A stretch of 64,000 nt of DNA from Chiloscyllium plagiosum (Eukaryota). The notes below the pieces were generated by a model. That model had not been told where the DNA came from and searched no databases. It saw only the letters and a program-made list of their open reading frames with translations. Positions 61,097 to 64,000 of the stretch are shown here, piece after piece (the stretch's first letter is position 1; each line of letters opens with the position of its first letter). The DNA lies in assembly GCF_004010195.1 (NCBI RefSeq), contig NC_057749.1, positions 22,664,976 to 22,728,975 of the forward strand, given 5' to 3'. The translations under genes were made by a program, and so were the position numbers.

Positions 61097-62041
61097 CTTC
61101 CAAATAAACCTGTTGGACTATAACCTGGTGTTGTGTGATTTTTAACTTTGTACACCCCAGTCTAAAACCAGCACCTTCAACTTCAGAATATTCTTGGTCA
61201 ACCTGAAACCTCTTGGCAAACATTGACCCGGAAGCAGTTTGAACAGGAAGAAAGTTAAAATTTGGAGGCTGTGTTGTAGATAGACAGACACTGAGAGAGG
61301 AGAGGAGATGAGGTACCAGAACGATATGTGCCAATATGTGGGAAATTCCATGGATGGAACCCTGTATACTTGGAAACTGTAGCCAGAAGGCAATTGACTA
61401 ATCTTTTAAAAGAAAGCAATGGAATTCTGCTTGGAAGAACAGTATGGCTGAAACTACCACCCTACAGGAAGAGTGGACTACCTACTATCTCTGTGACAAA
61501 CCTCTTTGTTTGATCCATTTCTAATTTGTGATTTAATCCATGTTAAATTTGTATTGATTCTGATGTATGTTGAAGTTAAAGCAAGTGAAATCTTGGGTGA
61601 TTCGGTTCATTTGTGCATAATTAGGGAAAGTAATGGTCTGGTAACATTATCACTGGACTATTAATTCAGAGAACTAGGTAACATCCTGGGGACCTGGGTT
61701 TGCAGATGGTAGAATTTGTATTGAATAAAAAAATCCGGAATTAAGTCTAACGCTAACTGTGAAACCATTGTCAATTGTCAGGAAAAACCCATCTGGTTCA
61801 CTATTGTCATTGAGGGAGGGAAACTGCCGTCTTTACCTGGGGTCAGGCCTACATGTGACTCCACACCCACAACAATGTGGTTGACTCTTAAACTGCTCTC
61901 CAGACAATTAGGGATGGGCTATAAATGTTGACCTAGACAGTGACATCCTGAAAAAAAAATTGTCTTATAGATCCCTAATGGGGATTGTGGTAATGGTTAA
62001 AATACAACCTCATTAGCTCATTTACTGGCCACACAATCACA

Positions 62042-62238
62042 CTGAGATTCCAATCTAGGTCGAGAGTGTGGTGCTAGGAAAGCACAGCAGGTCAGGCAGC
62101 ATCCGAGGAGCAGGAAGATCAACGTTTCAGGCATAAGCCCTTCTCTTGCTCCTTGGATGCTGCCTGACCTGCTGTGCTTTCCCAGCACCACACTCTCGAC
62201 TCTGATCTCCAGTCCTCCCTTTCTCCCTGAGATTCCAA
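62042..62238. mobile_element. Palindromic PLE-derived mini-element, family A
   Basis: tcgagagtgtggtgct...agcaccacactctcga inverted arms; direct repeat ctgagattccaa at 62042-62053 and 62227-62238. Confidence 0.85.
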
Positions 62239-63194
62239 ACAAGCCAAGTTCGCCAACTCTAACGAAACTACTGCAGCAACAGAAGTGATGAGACTCGATC
62301 CAGATTACAATTTGAAATAACGCTATGATTTTCCCTGACAAATGAGTCAACTTTGTTTCTCCAGCGCTGAATTTATAAATGGAACCAAACACGGCTCTCT
62401 CCTTTTCAGCTCTCCCCTTTCCAAAGACCTCTCAGGCATGAAAGATGGGTTTTGTGTGACCTTATGACCTGTCTCACAATCCACAAGTACCAAATAATGC
62501 TAAGAAGCTCTGGCATGACATGAATATTGCTCTTCTTCAGAGAGTGCTTTACCGTCTGTGTTGAAAATGTGGTGAGACGGTTTGCTATTTTGGGTGGTGT
62601 GTTGATATTATACAGTAACCTTGTGACCAACCACAGACTATTTTCCTGTAAAACTGCAAGGATAGTTTCATAAACACCTTTGAAGTGTTCTCCAATGCCT
62701 CAGTCAGGTGTCAAGTTTTCTCCGAAATTGACAAAATAAAAAGCCACATCGTAAGTGCTGCAAAAAAAAAAAATTTCCAAAAGCTTTTGAAATCCTTCAG
62801 TAGCTCTGTGTTGTAACTCATTACTGGCAACAAGACATTTGGGGAATGAAGGACATTTCAGTTTGAGGGAGGTTTATGTTGCATTTCAGTATCAGTGAAG
62901 GATTTGGAAAAATCTCTCGATCCTTCCCAACTGCAAATGTAAGACCCACAGGTAAATCAGAAACATTTACAATACCAGCTTACACAATGACTGCCCTTTG
63001 ATCTGTTGTGGGTCGACTGTGCTCTGGGAACAGAAGCCACAAAGACTTGTCAAGAAATTAAGCTTTCAGAACCGCACGGGTATGCCAAAGTACTTTTCAA
63101 TGTTACTTTTCAAATGTACTTCATAGGGCACAGAAAGAGTCTGCACACAGCAACAGGGATCAGATCAATTTGTCTTTGGTGATGTTAATTAAAA

Positions 63195-63412
63195 CATGGG
63201 AGTAGGCCATTCAGCTCATCAAATCTGCTCTACCATTCAATGAGATAGTGGTTGATCCTCAAGCCTACCTTCCTGCTTTTCCCCATTACTCTACATTCTC
63301 CTGAATGATCAAAAATCTATCAGCCTTGGTGACCCAGCCGCAACAGGCACCTGCAGTAAGGAATTCTGCGCATTCACTACGCTTTGAGAAACGGAGTTGC
63401 TCCTCATCTCCA
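63195..63412 (-). mobile_element. CR1 3' tip
   Basis: Resembles 53650-53895. Confidence 0.65.
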
Positions 63413-63414
63413 GC

Positions 63415-64000
63415 AGACCTTTGACAAGGTGCCGCACAGGAGGCTGTTAAATAAGATAAGAGTCCATGGTGTTAGGGACAAGGTACTGGCATGGATTGGC
63501 TGACTGGCAGAAGGCAGAGTGTGGGGATAAATGGTCTTTTTCAGGATGGCAGCTAGTGGCTAGTGTGGTTCCACAGGGGTCTGCCTTGGGACCACAGCTA
63601 TTGATGTTATACATGAACAATCTGGGCGAAGGAACTGAGGGTATTGTTGCTAAGTTTGCAGATGACACAAAGATAGGTGGAGGGACAGGTAGTGATGGGA
63701 AAGCAGGGAAGCTGCAGAAAGACCTGGAAAGGCTAGGACAGTGGGCAAAGAAGTGTAAGATAGAAGACAGTGTGGGAGAGTGTGAGGTAGGAAGAATAGA
63801 GGCATAGGCTATTTTCTAGAAAAGCTTTGAAAATCTGAAGAGTGGACGTGAAGGTGTTTCCACCAGTAGGGAAAGACTAGGACCCGACGGCATGGACTCA
63901 GAGTGAAGAGACAACCCTTTAGAACTGAGATGAGGAGGAATTTCTCCAGCTAGGGAATGTGTGGAACCCGTCGCCATCATGGAAGCTGTGTAACTGAGTG
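63415..64000 (+). mobile_element. CR1 RT fragment with internal deletion
   Basis: FDKVPHRRL; VPQGSALGPQL; AKFADDTKIGG; then jumps to TRTRRHGLRV. Confidence 0.9.

Larger units (their letters stand above)
60896..61195. mobile_element. Palindromic PLE-derived mini-element, family B, with intact HHR cores on both strands
   Basis: About 110-bp near-perfect inverted arms; one-sided tail; TSD cagaata(c/t)tctt at 60896-60907 and 61184-61195. Confidence 0.92.

Noticed and set aside
60908..61147. Pre-miRNA or DNA-transposon MITE
   Set aside because: Arms match PLE terminal repeats, the tail is asymmetric and TSDs are long and variable

Overview
Repeat-dense, apparently intergenic or intronic vertebrate DNA, most likely from a shark or other elasmobranch (inferred from abundant HE1-type tRNA-derived SINEs and HER1/CR1-type LINE fragments). 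I found no recognisable host protein-coding gene; nearly all ORF-track entries are transposon remnants or spurious. Main contents: (1) a full-length but decayed Gmr1-type Gypsy LTR retrotransposon (32258-38877) with both LTRs, tRNA-Pro PBS, PPT, SCAN-like gag, and integrase upstream of RT/RNase H, apparently nested in an older Gypsy element; (2) a solo LTR; (3) many CR1 LINE pieces, one retaining ORF1 esterase and APE endonuclease; (4) RTE and Rex1/Babar LINE pieces; (5) at least four SINE families; (6) two Penelope-like (PLE) coding fragments; (7) a 479-bp tandem duplication; (8) a 436-N assembly gap. The most striking pattern is eight short (about 90-300 bp) insertions from three sequence families, each built from inverted copies of a PLE terminal repeat. 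Most are flanked by 10-14 bp target-site duplications (TSDs), and several carry minimal hammerhead-ribozyme (HHR) cores, two of them on both strands. Boundaries of old repeats are approximate; family names come from my recognition of motifs, not from database searches.
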